A stretch of 64,000 nucleotides of DNA from assembly GCA_964247055.1 (NCBI GenBank), contig OZ176054.1, positions 3,782,001-3,846,000 of the forward strand, given 5' to 3'. Each line of letters starts with the position of its first letter. Positions within the stretch are counted from its first letter, which is position 1. The stretch comes from Paragordius varius. Taxonomy: Eukaryota > Animalia > Nematomorpha. Shown piece by piece: positions 22,270 through 35,303 of the stretch. Made by a program: the position numbers and the translations under genes. The notes beneath the pieces are model-generated. The model worked only from the letters and a program-made list of their open reading frames with translations. It ran no database searches and was not told the origin of the DNA.

Positions 22270-23380
22270 AATTTAACAAACGCATTCATTTCAGTCCATC
22301 GATTCGAATTGGGATAGTTAGATCCCCCCGGCTTGTTTAAAATTAGATATTATACGGAAAATATTGAAACCATGCAAATGTTTGCACTTATATAACCTTA
22401 CTGAACCGAAATATAATAAAAAATTTATTCAAAAATACTTGATAATAAAAGGCAAAATCCAAGGGTAAAAATTTAGCCAACATTACTTTGCATGAGCTCA
22501 ATAAAAATTAATGTAAAATATACCACTTTTTTCTTTATATAAATGTTGAATGTGATTAGTAAAAAATAAACTTAATATTAGGTTTAGTATTAAATAAACA
22601 CGATATTTTGCAAAAATGTTGTAAAATAAAAATGGCGTCCAAGTAGATTAACACATGGATACAACACATTCATTTTAGTCCTTCGATTCAAATTGGGGTT
22701 GGATACCCCAGGCCTTTTTAAAATTAAATTGTTTAAAAATATAAGAGTATTCGAAACCATGGCAAAATTTTGCACTGATATAACATTCATAAACCGAAAT
22801 ATAAAAAAACTTTTATTCAAAATAATATGATATTACTTATTTTAAGCTAAAACCAAAGGTAAAAATTTAAGGAACGTGACATGTGTGCAATGGTAAAATT
22901 GAAAAATAATACAAAATAAACTACTTTATCTATTTTTATCAATGTAAGATGTTGAAATTCAAATTAAAAATTAGCTTTGATTTTACCCTTAAAAGTAAAT
23001 GAAAACAATATTTTTAAAAATTTTGTAAAATAAAAATGGCGTCGGAGTAGTTTGGCATGTAACTTTTTTTTCAAAACAAAATTTTATTTAGATATGGCAT
23101 ATTTCTATAATTTTTATTAGGATAGAAGCATAAATTTAAATTAAGACAGTTTCCTTCAATATTTTTTTAAAATCCTAATTTAAATTTATTTAGAGACCCC
23201 AATTTGAATCAAAGTGTTAATACAACCTTTTTTTCCAAAACTACTTTATATATTTTGTTTTATTTATAGAATTTAATTAGGATATAAGAATAAATTTAAA
23301 TTGGACCGGTTTTTACTGTAGTTTTGTAAAAATATCAACTTTTGTCTTGGGCATTTAAATATCCCAACTTAAATCGAAAC
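22270..23380 (+). mobile_element. Older piggyBac-like MITE copy split by a same-family insertion
   Basis: The halves at 22270-22651 and 23217-23380 rejoin across a TTAA into the family consensus. Confidence 0.65.
22652..23216 (+). mobile_element. piggyBac-like MITE nested in its own family
   Basis: TTAA|CACATGGATAC...GAATCAAAGTG|TTAA with a perfect TTAA TSD. Confidence 0.85.
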
Positions 23381-23402
23381 ATTGAAGCTTTATATTAATA
23401 AC

Positions 23403-23810
23403 ATTCGATTCAAATTGGGGTTATAACCCTGACCATATTTATTTAGATATTACTAAAAAATACAGAATCGGTTCGTCTATTTTAAATTTAAGGTTATATC
23501 CTAATAAAATATAAAGCTTGATCTAAATAAAATTTAGTTTAAAAAAAGCTTCATATCAAACTACTTCGCCATTTTTATTTCAGAACACTTTTGGAAATTC
23601 GTGTTTTTCTTTTTAACGCTAAAATTTAACTTAATATGATCAGGAAAAGTGGTTTATTTTTATATAACCAATGCAACATGTCATGTTGGCTAAATTTTAA
23701 ACTTCAAGTGTATACATAAAATAATTTTAATTTAAATTGTTTTTTATATTTAGGTTTAGCAATGTTTTTAACAATGTTTTCAATTCAATATTTTTCAATA
23801 TTTGAGTTTA
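23403..23810 (-). mobile_element. Degenerate piggyBac-like MITE copy (approximate ends)
   Basis: cattcgattcaaattggggtt start. The body is reverse-complementary to 19472-20051. Confidence 0.6.
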
Positions 23811-23827
23811 ACACTTCATCACATTTT

Positions 23828-24860
23828 TGAGTAGTTTTGAACCCGAAGCATTCAAATTTTAAATATCATAAAAATAAATACATTAGGCAAAATTAAAAAA
23901 TATACTTTTTTCACTTTTATAGGCACATGCCACAAATTTTTTTTGACACCTGATTCAATTTGGGGTATCTAAATACCCCAGACTAAATCCAAGTTAAAAT
24001 TTAAAAAAAACTACTGAAGGAAACCGTCCTAATTCAAATTTATGCTTCTATCATAATAAAAATGAGCTAAAATATCTTAATAAAATTTTTTGAAAAAAAG
24101 TCCATGTCAAAGTACTTGATGCCATTTTTATTTTGCAAAATATCGTTGTCATTTATTTTTCATGGTATAATTAAAATTAATTTTCTATTTAAACCATATC
24201 TAACAATGATATTAATAGAAAAAATGGTTTATTTTGTATTATTTTTTAATTTAGCCAATGTACACATGTCACGCTAACTAATTTTTACCATTGGGTTTTA
24301 CCTTAAAATAAGTATCATCAAGTATTTTTGAAAAAAGTTTTTTATATTCGGTTTATTAATGTTATATGAGCGCAAAATTTTGCCATGGTTTCTATTCCTA
24401 CCATAGATTTAAAGAATTTAATTATAAACAGGCCTGGGGTATCCAACTACCCCAATTTAAATCGAAGGACTAAAATAAATGAGTTGTATCCAAGTGTTAA
24501 CGAAAAATTGTAATAAAAGACCTCATCGCAAACTTTTTCACCGTTATTTCTTATTTTAATTTTTTATACCGATGTAACAGGCAAATAAATGTATATTATG
24601 GATAAAAAATGTAAATAATAAACTTTGAATAGCTTTTAGGCTTCATTTTATCAGGAAACATGATAATTGATTTTAACAGCCGTTTAATTCACCGTGTTTC
24701 GGAGCCGTCCCAATTTTAGACTTTAAAAGTTATAAAACTGTAAGAAATATATATTTAATACAGGAGAACAATTTTAAATTAAATTTTAACCCAAACAAAT
24801 CTTAAAACAGTAGTCTATTTACAAAGTTAGTCTTGTGATATAAAACTATCCCAAGTCGCG
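23828..24860 (+). mobile_element. 'GGGTAG' family element split by a piggyBac-like MITE
   Basis: 23828-23946 plus 24497-24860 are colinear with 10400-10877. Confidence 0.65.
23947..24496 (-). mobile_element. piggyBac-like MITE, reverse orientation
   Basis: ttga|CACCTGATTC...GTATCCAAGTG|ttaa. Confidence 0.8.
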
Positions 24861-24929
24861 GAAAAAAATAAAAATGGAATGAAGTGTTCAGGATTCGGTT
24901 ATCCAAAGACCTTGCCTGTTTATAAAATT

Positions 24930-25370
24930 TTTTAAAAATTATGGAAAAAATTGTTTGCAAAAGTTTGCACTTATATATAACATTTAAAGTTTAATCATAA
25001 AAACATGTAATTACATATTTTTTGGATAAACCTCAAGGTAAAAATTTAGTCAACATGACAAGTATGTATTGGCTAAATATAAAAACAATGCAAAATAAAC
25101 CAATTTTTCTGTTTTTATCAATGTTAATATAAAATAGCTTTCATTTTAGCGTTAGAATCATACAAACATGATATTTTGCAAAATTCTGTAAAATAAAAAT
25201 GGAGTCTAAGTAGTTTGAAACGTGACTTTCTTCAAAATTAATAATATTTAGATATTTTGGTTATTTATTATTAGGATAGAAGCATACATTTAAATTATAA
25301 CCGTTTCTTTCAGTATTTTTATAAAATATCAATAAAGTCTGGTATACGATACCCTAGTTCGAATTGTAGG
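24930..25370 (+). mobile_element. 5'-truncated piggyBac-like MITE copy (approximate ends)
   Basis: Colinear with about 19580-20050 (tttgcacttatat, cctcaaggtaaaaatttagtcaacatgac, aaaatggagtctaagtagtttg). Confidence 0.6.
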
Positions 25371-25410
25371 GTTATAAACCATATTTGTGCTATGGGACGT
25401 TCTACGCAAT

Positions 25411-25981
25411 ATGTTCAGCGAAGAAACGCTTGAAAAAGTTTTCAATTTTTAAATTTTAGGCTCAAATAGAGGAACGTAAGTGCGACTATTATTTAAAAAT
25501 AAATCAACCGCAAAAAGCCGTCGATTGCCTAAAAAAAGCTATCAGTATTTTTGATTATTATATTTGAGATAATATTAGCTTGACTGTTAAAAGTGTGAAT
25601 AACCAAGAAGTTACTGACATCTTAACTCAAAAATTAAAATATGATAACACCTTTTTAAAAGCTCTTTGTTTAACTTATAGCCTACCAATGCCACTTGATA
25701 CGCAAGAAATAGATCTTATTAAGCAAGAAATTGAGAAATATTTTGAAAAAAATACGGAATTCATAAACAATTTATATAATTCATTTCAATTACGACCTGT
25801 TGATGATTTAAAGTTAGTTAAAATAATATTTAGCATATGTAATGATCTCCATATATTAACAGAACTTAACGATAACTTTGATCACTTAAAAAGTTGTGTA
25901 ACATCACTTTTTAACAAATTAAATCTCACAGAAATAAAAACTACAGATAATTTGAAATTCGATCACAAAAACAATAATTAA
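25411..25981 (+). CDS. NRBF2/Atg38-like MIT-domain protein, 174 aa
   Basis: Exons 25411-25437, 25460-25544 and 25569-25981, with introns of 22 and 24 nt. The N-terminus TLEKAQIEERKCDYYLKINQPQKAVDCLKKAI resembles, from memory, NRBF2 PLNLAHQQSRRADRLLAAGKYEEAISCHKKAA. Confidence 0.6.
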
Positions 25982-26045
25982 TGTGATTTGTCTTTAGACA
26001 AACCCAGATTTAATATTTAAAAAATAAATATGAGCAAAATATTAT

Positions 26046-29000
26046 TTATTGAGAACAATTCGAGTATATTGGCTTCCATTTTTCATTAAATTTAAAAACA
26101 GTGGTTTTCATTACATCAAAATGTAATGTCTGAGGTTTTCTCCATAAATTAGGATTTTCGATATGCATTAATCCACCCAAAACTTCCTATTTAGATAAAT
26201 AAATTTAAAAAAGATAATATTTCTTAAATGAGTAATTTTTTAATAAATGGTAAAAAATATATGAAAAATGATCAAAATAATTTTTTTATTTTTTATTCGT
26301 AAGAGTGAGTCAAAAAACCAAAATGGATATATTTAGGTGTAAATATAACATTAACAAAACCTTAAAAAATGTTGAAATGAGATAATAAATTAAGGAAATT
26401 AGCTGAGATTGGTGCGCCTTGGCGGATTCATTTGTTGGGAACGACAAAATGACAATACTAAATAAAATACTTAGGCGAGTCAAAAAATTTGGACATTTAA
26501 TTAAGGTTATATGTATATAGAATCACTTACAATAAAATGCACATAATCGTAACTTATTTTTAAAAAAAATCTTAATTGTTATGCAAAATGGGGAAATAGA
26601 TATTTTTTAATAAAAACTAAACGGCACACGTCTCTGAATAAAATTTATGTATTTGTGACCTAGAAAAGTAAATGACAAAATATAAATGGTTATTAAAAAT
26701 ATTTTGATTGAATAGCTAAGGGTCAATTATATGATGCCAAATATATTCGTTTACCTAGATAGCGACACTAAAAATTTGAATAATATCTCTGGATTAGTAA
26801 TATAACAAATTACAGAAAGCTGTGAAAACCATAGAAAAAATCAAATTTGACAACAAATAAAAGTGATAAAAAGGTATTTTAATATATTTTATTATTTCTA
26901 CGGGAAAAATATATCTGGGTGGACATCGCGAAATGCGCTAAATATAGCCTGATATTAGCTGTCACACTAGATCAAAAAAAAATTATGGAACAAACAAGAA
27001 CCAAACTCAATTTTAGCTAGGATTATTAAATTACAAGCTCCAAACAAAAATTTTAATCTGTTAAATAAAGAGCATTTGTTAAAAACTTTGTTATAAAGAT
27101 TCAGCATTGTAAAATTTTTTTATTATTGATAAGGACCATAACTATAAACCCCACGAATATCTTGAAAAATAATAAATCAGAACATTCTCATTAGGATGTT
27201 AGGATAATATGCCAGCAGTATCTAGCCAACAAGCGAAATGTAAGGGAAACAAGCAATCCATATTAAATTATTTTACATTTTAGTATCCCTGGAAAAATTA
27301 TATTATTTTTTATATCGAAAATCAACCGCTTTGCTTTATGGCGTTTACTCACCTCATTAAAAAGAAAAAAAACAAAAAAATATAAACTTTTCCAAAATAA
27401 GTTGGAAATGCTTCGGCATTTTCAATAACATGAGCGAATCCTTGACGTACAAAGTCAGTCCCTTCCTTGTTTAGGGCTAAAACACTAAAAGCAAAATACG
27501 GTAATTCTCTGGGTACTACACCGATAGGGAACATACGTGTGCCCATATCAATAATTTTTTTGTTACTTGCCCATTCATATTCACCCGACAAAATGGCGTT
27601 CTATAACATTATAAACACAATAATCATAAATAAAAAAAATTTCCTTTATATATTCCATTTTATATTCATTCCTACCTTAAAATACATTGGTACGTCTGAA
27701 GCTTTATTTAGCGGTATGGGTATAATGGTAATTAGTGCGTGATGAAATTTTTTGGGATCAACGCACGTATATAGCAGTACAGGAGTTTGATTCATACCAA
27801 GGTACATTTGTCCCAACATATTCAGGTAATCCTTGTATATACAGTATGCATTTTAATGGTTGCTTATTTTACACTATAGTAGGGCAATTCACCACAGTAG
27901 TGTTGGAAAAAACAATAAAATGTTAAATAAACAATTATTTCCTTTCTTTTTTCCATAGACTGGGGTGTTGCGAATTGCCCTAGTATAGTGTGAAATAAGC
28001 AACCATTAATATGCAGACTATAATATTACAAAAATCAAAAGATAATTTGTTTTTAAACCGATATTGATGCTAAAAATGGAGGTTAAAAACTTTTTATAGT
28101 TAGCAATTAATTTTGACACTATATATACCTTAAAGTCTTCAAGGACATCTGGTTCCATGTCATGTATGAGAGTAACGTGATTTATACATGTTAGATAACA
28201 TTCGTACGGTACCAAGGGTTGACGATTAGGTAATCCCAAATATATCTAATTTTAAAATTTATAGATAATTTTTGGGTTAAAAAATAAATAATTTTATTAT
28301 TGATTGGTTTGATTTAAAAAAATGGATTTACAGTCAATGCGAAAAAAAATTCTATTTTTTTAATTACATAAAAAATCATGATAAATTGATAACATGGACA
28401 AATCGTTAAAGTCAACAAAATCAAGAATGATTGCGAAATCAAAGGTTCCCGAAACGCTAATATAAAAAAATGCACTTTTGTTCAAAATTATTGAACAGAC
28501 AACCGCGAATTCAATCGTAATTTCCAATAGACAGAATAAATTTTAAAAGAGGTTTGATTATTTTCAATAAAATCCATTGTTTATATAAAGATACATGGAT
28601 ATTAATCGCTCTTCGAAAATCCTAAATCATGGTATTTAGGGCCATTATCACAGGGTATTAATATTTTGTCATAAGTTTCTAAATAGAATAAAGTATATTT
28701 AGTGACCCCCTCCAGATATTGCAAAATACCGTAACACCTCTTAAAACCTAATAAGAAAGATGAGACTAATGGCGTTTAAAAAATCATTAAAAATTATCAT
28801 GGTGTATTATAAAACTGTAAAAACAAACTCCGAATAAATTTAGTTAAAGTGATGTACGTTAACCTCCACAATTCGTAGATATATTTTAATGAAGAGCAAT
28901 CGGTAGAGGCTTCATAAAATAAACAGGAAATGTGTATATAATTGTATAATACCTGGTTTTTATAACTAATAATGCTATGTTTAATCATAGATGGACTATC

Positions 29001-31779
29001 CAAACAATATGGGCAACTAGTGATTGCAGAAACTGCTTGTTTGTAATCTATATAAATTCAATTGTATCATAATTAAAACAGTTCATAATGCATTTAGTGT
29101 AAATTTAGGGAAATATATTGTACCACCAATTTAACTATAAAAAGAACTAAGATCAAGAATCAAAATACATTTTTAGACAATGTAATATTGAGGACAGATT
29201 TTCGCCTTAGTTTAATAAAAAATAAAATTACGGTTATTAAAATTTATCTATTTTCATATTGTATGGCCATGAATTTATAAATTATACAAAGCGTTTAAAA
29301 CTAAACACGCAAATACTGCAAATATGTAAAATTTTCACTTAAAAGAAATAAAAAAAAATAAAAAACGTTGAATAGAATATATTATACTAAGTATCGTGGC
29401 ATCTCTGTTCCTAGAGATGGATTGTTTAATTTCTTGTTTAACGCGTTTGGAGTTGGGATCATTCTGATAATTTTCAGTCGCATTTGGATCCTGTTTATGT
29501 TTCCAGGATTTTTTGTCACTTACGGCACCCTTAGTCACGTATTGACCAGTTAGGATATCAAAATGAGTATCTTCATACTCATTTTGTGTGTTGAAAGATT
29601 GTTCATTACGATTATATGACTTGTTTTTTGGTTGATGATGTGATTGGTTTGAATTTTTATTGGTATTATGTGATTTCGCTAACAATAAAAAATATGTAAA
29701 AGCTTAATTAATGCATCGGTTATTTTAAAATTTGCATAACAATTTGAGCCAAATTTTTAGGCCTATGATATATTTTTCTAAACAAATATAGTAAATGCCA
29801 GTAACTATATAAACATATTAGCCCTATTCTCAAAGTAACTTAAAAGAGAAAATTCCAAAAAATAGACTCTAGGAGAATTAATGTTATTTGTTAGGATTAT
29901 ATAATATAAAAAACTAAAAATTTTGCCACTATTCATATAGACTCGTTTTTGGCTCTTACTAGCAATATCTGAGGATGGACGCTATAAAATTTGACGATAT
30001 CGTATTTGAGCACTGCTTTAAGTAATAATGACTGTTCAGAAAATATATTTGTATCGAAAAAGTTATAAATGATAAAACCAAAATATATAAAATGTTTTCA
30101 CATATCTCCATAATATAAAAAACCATTTTAAAACTTTAAAAAATAGTAATATGAATCCATATTAGATTAAAATATTAAACACATTAAATTGATTTTAATA
30201 TTATATTTGAAAGTTTAAATAATACCAATATTTTTAACATTTAGATGGAAGAACAGCTCTGTTTCTCAAGTATATTAATTTTTTGGTTTATTTCTGAAAT
30301 CTTTAATATATTATTTCAAAAAAATGAACCAAAATGTAGAATAAGAAAATATATAATTGATATATAAACATATTCAATAATAAAAAATACTTAGAGTATA
30401 TATATAACTCAGTAAGTAAAATTCTAAACGATATTCATCGGATTTTGCGAAAATTCTATTTTGTGAAACAAAAACATCCGAATTTTTCTTGTTACCGGTA
30501 CCATACACAATTTTAAACTACTTTTATTTGTGATGTAACCCTAATTACCCAGTGTTATACCATATTTTACTAGGCAACTTACATTTCAAAGTAATATATT
30601 AAAAATTATTACATTTTGAAGGGTGAATTGTCTGTTTTTCAAACACGTGTTGAGCTTTAACAAGTAACTCAGCCCAAGCTTTGTACGTTTTTCTGGTGGA
30701 AGCATTTAATTCAGTTTTCTTATATTCATCAATCTGATCTTCCAAATAATATTTCATATATTCGGCACCGATTCGATTTAAATTGTTTAGAGTTATGGTT
30801 TGTGAATCAACCATCCGATTAAAATAACATAATTCTGGTGTGTCGGTTTCAGAAGCAATTATTGTTTTTTTCGATTCATTAAGGGGTATGAAAGAATCAT
30901 CACCAACAATTGAATTTTCTTTTTCTGGCTCCACTATATGTTGCCTTTCAGACCTGTCTTTATCATATTTTCGATTGTAAGGACGTGGTTGTGGTTGCTT
31001 ATATTTATTATAAGGCTGAGGCTGTTGGGATCGAGGTGGATTTTGAGATGAAAGCAGTCTTTCTTTTTGTTCAGCTTCATCAAGCAATCGTTTATAATTT
31101 TGCATACTCTGTCACAAATAATATAAAATAATTGTTTTAAAATATAGTCATCAATTACTTTGTTTTTGTATAAAGTTCATCAATATTACAAATTTAAAAA
31201 GTTGACACTAATATTTGATGATAAGTTATTTTAATAAATTTTACTTATTTTGCTAATTTTTATCGCATTAAAAAGCCAATTATCACAGCAATATTAAATA
31301 TGGGAAGTTTTCTCAATTTTGGTATGGGCAAATCAATTCATAAAATAATAACATAGCTTACCCCCCATCGTTCGGAGATTAATTGTTGCAATGGTTTACC
31401 TGTTTCTCGAGCTTGTTCTTTGGCTCTTTTAAAGGATTTGCGTAACCAACTCGCACCACCATCTCCAATTGAAATTGGATTAGGTTGTGACGCATTAGAG
31501 TTTTGATTATTTGGATTAAGTTTGCTTATAAAATCTTTATTCAATTCTCTAGAGTCTCGTACATCCTAAAATATATGGTAACTTTATTATATACTTGATA
31601 TGCGTTTGATTGGTTCTGTTTTATTTGGTTTTTAATCACCTTATTATCTATTGTAGAATATTTCGATAGTAAATCGTCAAATAATATTTCTTCCTTATTT
31701 ATAGGTGTAGCGGCCTTTTCGACCCAAACTTCTTCATACTAAAAAATTATTTTTATGATACCTCCTCTGTAGTACTCAT
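26046..31779 (-). CDS. CWF19L2: CWF19-like protein 2 (spliceosome-associated)
   Basis: Motifs: RELN, IGDGGASWLRKSFKRAKEQA..ERWG, CPYCLDS...KHSII, YLGLP, HALITIIPIP..DVPMYFKNAILSGEYEWASNKKIID, VPRELPYF, GFAHVIEN...FP.YFGK|EVLGGLM..NLWRK..KWKP. Exons placed: 31762-31779, 31640-31738, 31362-31565, 30613-31108, ~29388-29678, ~28950-29055, 28129-~28248, 27676-27831, 27388-27600, 26046-26186. Some middle exons are unresolved. Confidence 0.92.
27842..28020. mobile_element. Tc1/mariner-type MITE (179 bp) in a CWF19L2 intron
   Basis: TA|CAGTATGC...GCAGACTA|TA with inverted arms of about 50 bp. Confidence 0.8.
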
Positions 31780-31859
31780 TGGAGTGGGGCTGAATTCGGT
31801 AACTTTCGGTTTTACAGATGTAGTAATTTCAAATACAATTGAATTTTTAGGATAGCAAG

Positions 31860-34800
31860 ATGATAAAGGTCCCACAACCCCTTAATCCATCAATTATTTT
31901 ATTGTCCACTGAAGAAATTGTTAAAAAAGTTCTGAACCGTGAAGTTTTTATATTTGTTATAATAATAGTTATCATGCGTTAATGTTGTTTCAAGTTTTAT
32001 AAAACGAATAAAAGAAGTCAATAGCCTTATTAATGCCATAGCAGAAGAAAACTATGATGATGCTATGAAGAAAGCAGAAGATATTGATATTGAAATCAGT
32101 AGCGTCCAAGGAAATGTTCATAACGCCTATGCTAACAAACCCTTGTTGGGAGTTCCTGTGACAATTAAAGAATGTTTTGCCGTATCAGGGCTAAATCATA
32201 CATGTGGATTATATAGCAGACGAGATTGCAGAAGTTCTAATCATGCTTCAGTCGTTAATCTTTTGCAGGATGCTGGTGCCATTGTAGTAGCTACGAGCGT
32301 TATGCCGGAATTGGGTTAATTCTTTTGTTAAAACATATATATATAACAACTGTTTTATTGGTAATTCTGTTATGGTATTAGATATTTTTTTAATAAATAT
32401 AGTTAAGCGTTCATTTTGATAAAAATTTAATATTGAAAATATTTTAATAAAATTTACTAAGTTTATAACTTTGTCCTTCATTAAACTTTGGCACAAAACC
32501 GGCTACTATTAGCCACAAAATTGAATCTCTACAATAGTGTAATTGCATTAAATTGTTTTAAATGACCAAAAAATTAATATATTAAAACTATTGTTGAGCC
32601 ACGATTTTTTTAAAACAATAAATTATCTAAATGTTTGAAAATATTGGACTAATTCTGTAATCATTTCAATGTGATCATATATAAGGTATGTGGTGGGAAA
32701 CTTACAATGCATTAAAAGGAAGGTGCAAAAATCCATATGATACTAGAATGATTACGGGTGGATCTTCTGGTAATTTTAATGTAAATAATAAAGATTTAAC
32801 AAATCTGTAATTGATGTAAATATTAAATGGATTATTTGGCAAATTATGTTATCAAATGTAAATAACAATATTGTTTTGCCTTTATCTTTTTTAAAACTCC
32901 ACAATAATTTACCTTTTTCTCGATTTTATGTTTGAAATATGATTTATATATCCCCATATCTAGTTATTTACAAAAGGGATTTTTTAAATTCGCAAAATAA
33001 TGAAACTCTTTTGATTTTAGACACGACGTTTATAATTGAAAATCTTTTAAATCTTATAAATCAATATAATGTCTTATTTTCACATTAAGTACTTTTTCCT
33101 TATTACATATATATAATTGATTATAAATGGTTACTTTAACAAGGCGGTGAAGGAGCTTTAATCGCTTCGGGGTGTTGCCCTATTGGGTTGGGCTCTGATG
33201 TTGGAGGCAGTATTCGGATGCCAGCTTTTTTCAATGGAATTTTCGGACACAAAGCAACTGGAGGTAGCTAGCATTTGAATTTTATTTCAAAATCTTATCG
33301 TATTTGATAAAACATTTTTAATATATTTATGAAAGATTCATAATATGAAACCGAATTTGCAATCATATCGATTCTTTTGGTAAAAATTGGGACCGCAAAA
33401 CTTAACAAAAAAGTTTTTAATTAAGAAATAACCCTATACCTATTCAGATTCGAAAAAAAGTTATTTATATGTTTAATCTTTTGTAAATAATATTGCTATA
33501 ATATTTTACCTATTATCTCTTATTCATGTAACATAAATATAGCTAAAATTGCATATATTTTTATTTTAATGACTATTTTTATGGAGACCAAGGTAATGAA
33601 TAACTAACCATTTAATGCTATGTAGTTAATTGATTTTAAAACATTTCTATTATTTTAAAATGCCAAAGCGATTTTCTGTGGGCACGAATATATTTTGTGG
33701 TAATCTTTTGTTATATTTCGTTATGCATATAAATAATGTAAAAAGTTTTTAAATGAATATATTTTGATATTTATAGGTATCATATCGAATGAAGGGCATT
33801 ACCCAGCAACTCGCGGTGAATTAGATAAATATCTAGTTTGTGGTCCTTTAACAAGAAGTGCTTCTGATCTCAAATTGCTTGTCAATATTTTAGCCAAACC
33901 ATCTCCTCATTATGAGCGCCTTAATTTAAATGAAACTGTAATTTTCATATTTTCATATTAATCAAATTTACTCTAATAATATTTAGGTCGATTTGAAACA
34001 ATGCAAATTTTATTCATTTTGTGATAATTTTATGAGACCATGGGTTTCACCCATACATCCTCAATTAAATGCCGTTCAAGAAAAAGTAATTGAATTATAA
34101 TTATAAATGATTAATATACAATTTTTGCACTCTTTGAATAAGTTTTATATCCCAATTCCAAATCAAATTCTATATTCAGGTTGTTGCTCATATCGAAAAA
34201 CGATATAATACCAATGTTGAAAGAATTCATCTTAAGGATCTACCTGAACTTGACAAGGTTTATATGGTTAATTTATCGATAAATAATATTAGAAAAAAAA
34301 TCTTTAAAATGTTTAATATTTAATTTTTTAAAGGCATTTCATTTATGGGTCGCAGCCTTGGAACGCAGTAATGGACCCTGGTTTTCCGAAATTATTTTGG
34401 GTAAAGATGAAATTGAAGGGTTATCTAAAGCCAACCTTATAACTGAAATTGTTAAAAGTATGATACGTAGAAAGGATGCTCACAGTCTTCCATGTAAGTA
34501 AAAGTTTGTTTTTTATTATAGCATTCAAAGAATTTTTAAGTCGTTTTTATATGATCTTAAAATATTACATTGGTTTGAATAAACAATAAAATAGAAAACT
34601 CTATAAATGTCGTGACGATCATGGTAAAAATGTTATAATTTTGTTTAACCATTGAATTAGGTTTTATCTTGATAAGTTTTTGTCCTTGATTATCATATAT
34701 AATTGGTCCGCATGTTTGGATCGTTATAAACTACGAATTTAATACAGATATGATACTTTTTATCATAAAGATATTTATTGAAATATAATAGGTTAACGAT

Positions 34801-35303
34801 ATATAATTTTTAAATTCTAACACCATATATGGTATATTTGTGTTTAAGGCCTATCATTCTTGGCTCAAGAAGCATTTATCAAACGTTTCATACCAAAAAG
34901 CTTACTTCAAAAAACGATTGGTGAATTACAACACCTTAAACAACGTTTCTCCCAACTCCTCGGGACCGATGGGGTACTTTTGTTCCCTAGTAATCCAAGG
35001 TTTGCCTACAAACATAAACGGCCCTTTTTACGCCCGCTTAATTTTGTGTACACAGCCATATTTAATGTGCTGGAGTTCCCTGTAACTCAATGTCCTTTAG
35101 GTCTTGCATCTACGCTTCAAATTTCAACAACAAACAATGAAAAATTATCCAAATCAACCAATAATATTACACCTTTTGTAAAGTATAACCATATGCCTTT
35201 GGGTATACAACTCATATCCAACATGTACAATGATCGATATTGTTTAGCCCTTGCAAGTGAATTAGAAGATGCTTTTGGAGGCTGGGTTCCCCCATGGACT
35301 TGA
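31860..35303 (+). CDS. Fatty-acid amide hydrolase 2-like amidase, about 528 aa
   Basis: Exons 31860-31943, 31969-32314, 32686-32769, 33144-33263, 33777-33937, 33987-34085, 34180-34257, 34334-34493, 34849-35303, all phase-compatible. Amidase signature [46 protein letters not shown]-terminus PLGIQL...[20 protein letters not shown]. Confidence 0.93.

Noticed and set aside
26300-26460. WIYLGVNIT as a non-LTR reverse transcriptase YLG motif
   Set aside because: It is an isolated match with no YADD or other RT motifs nearby, inside a CWF19L2 intron.
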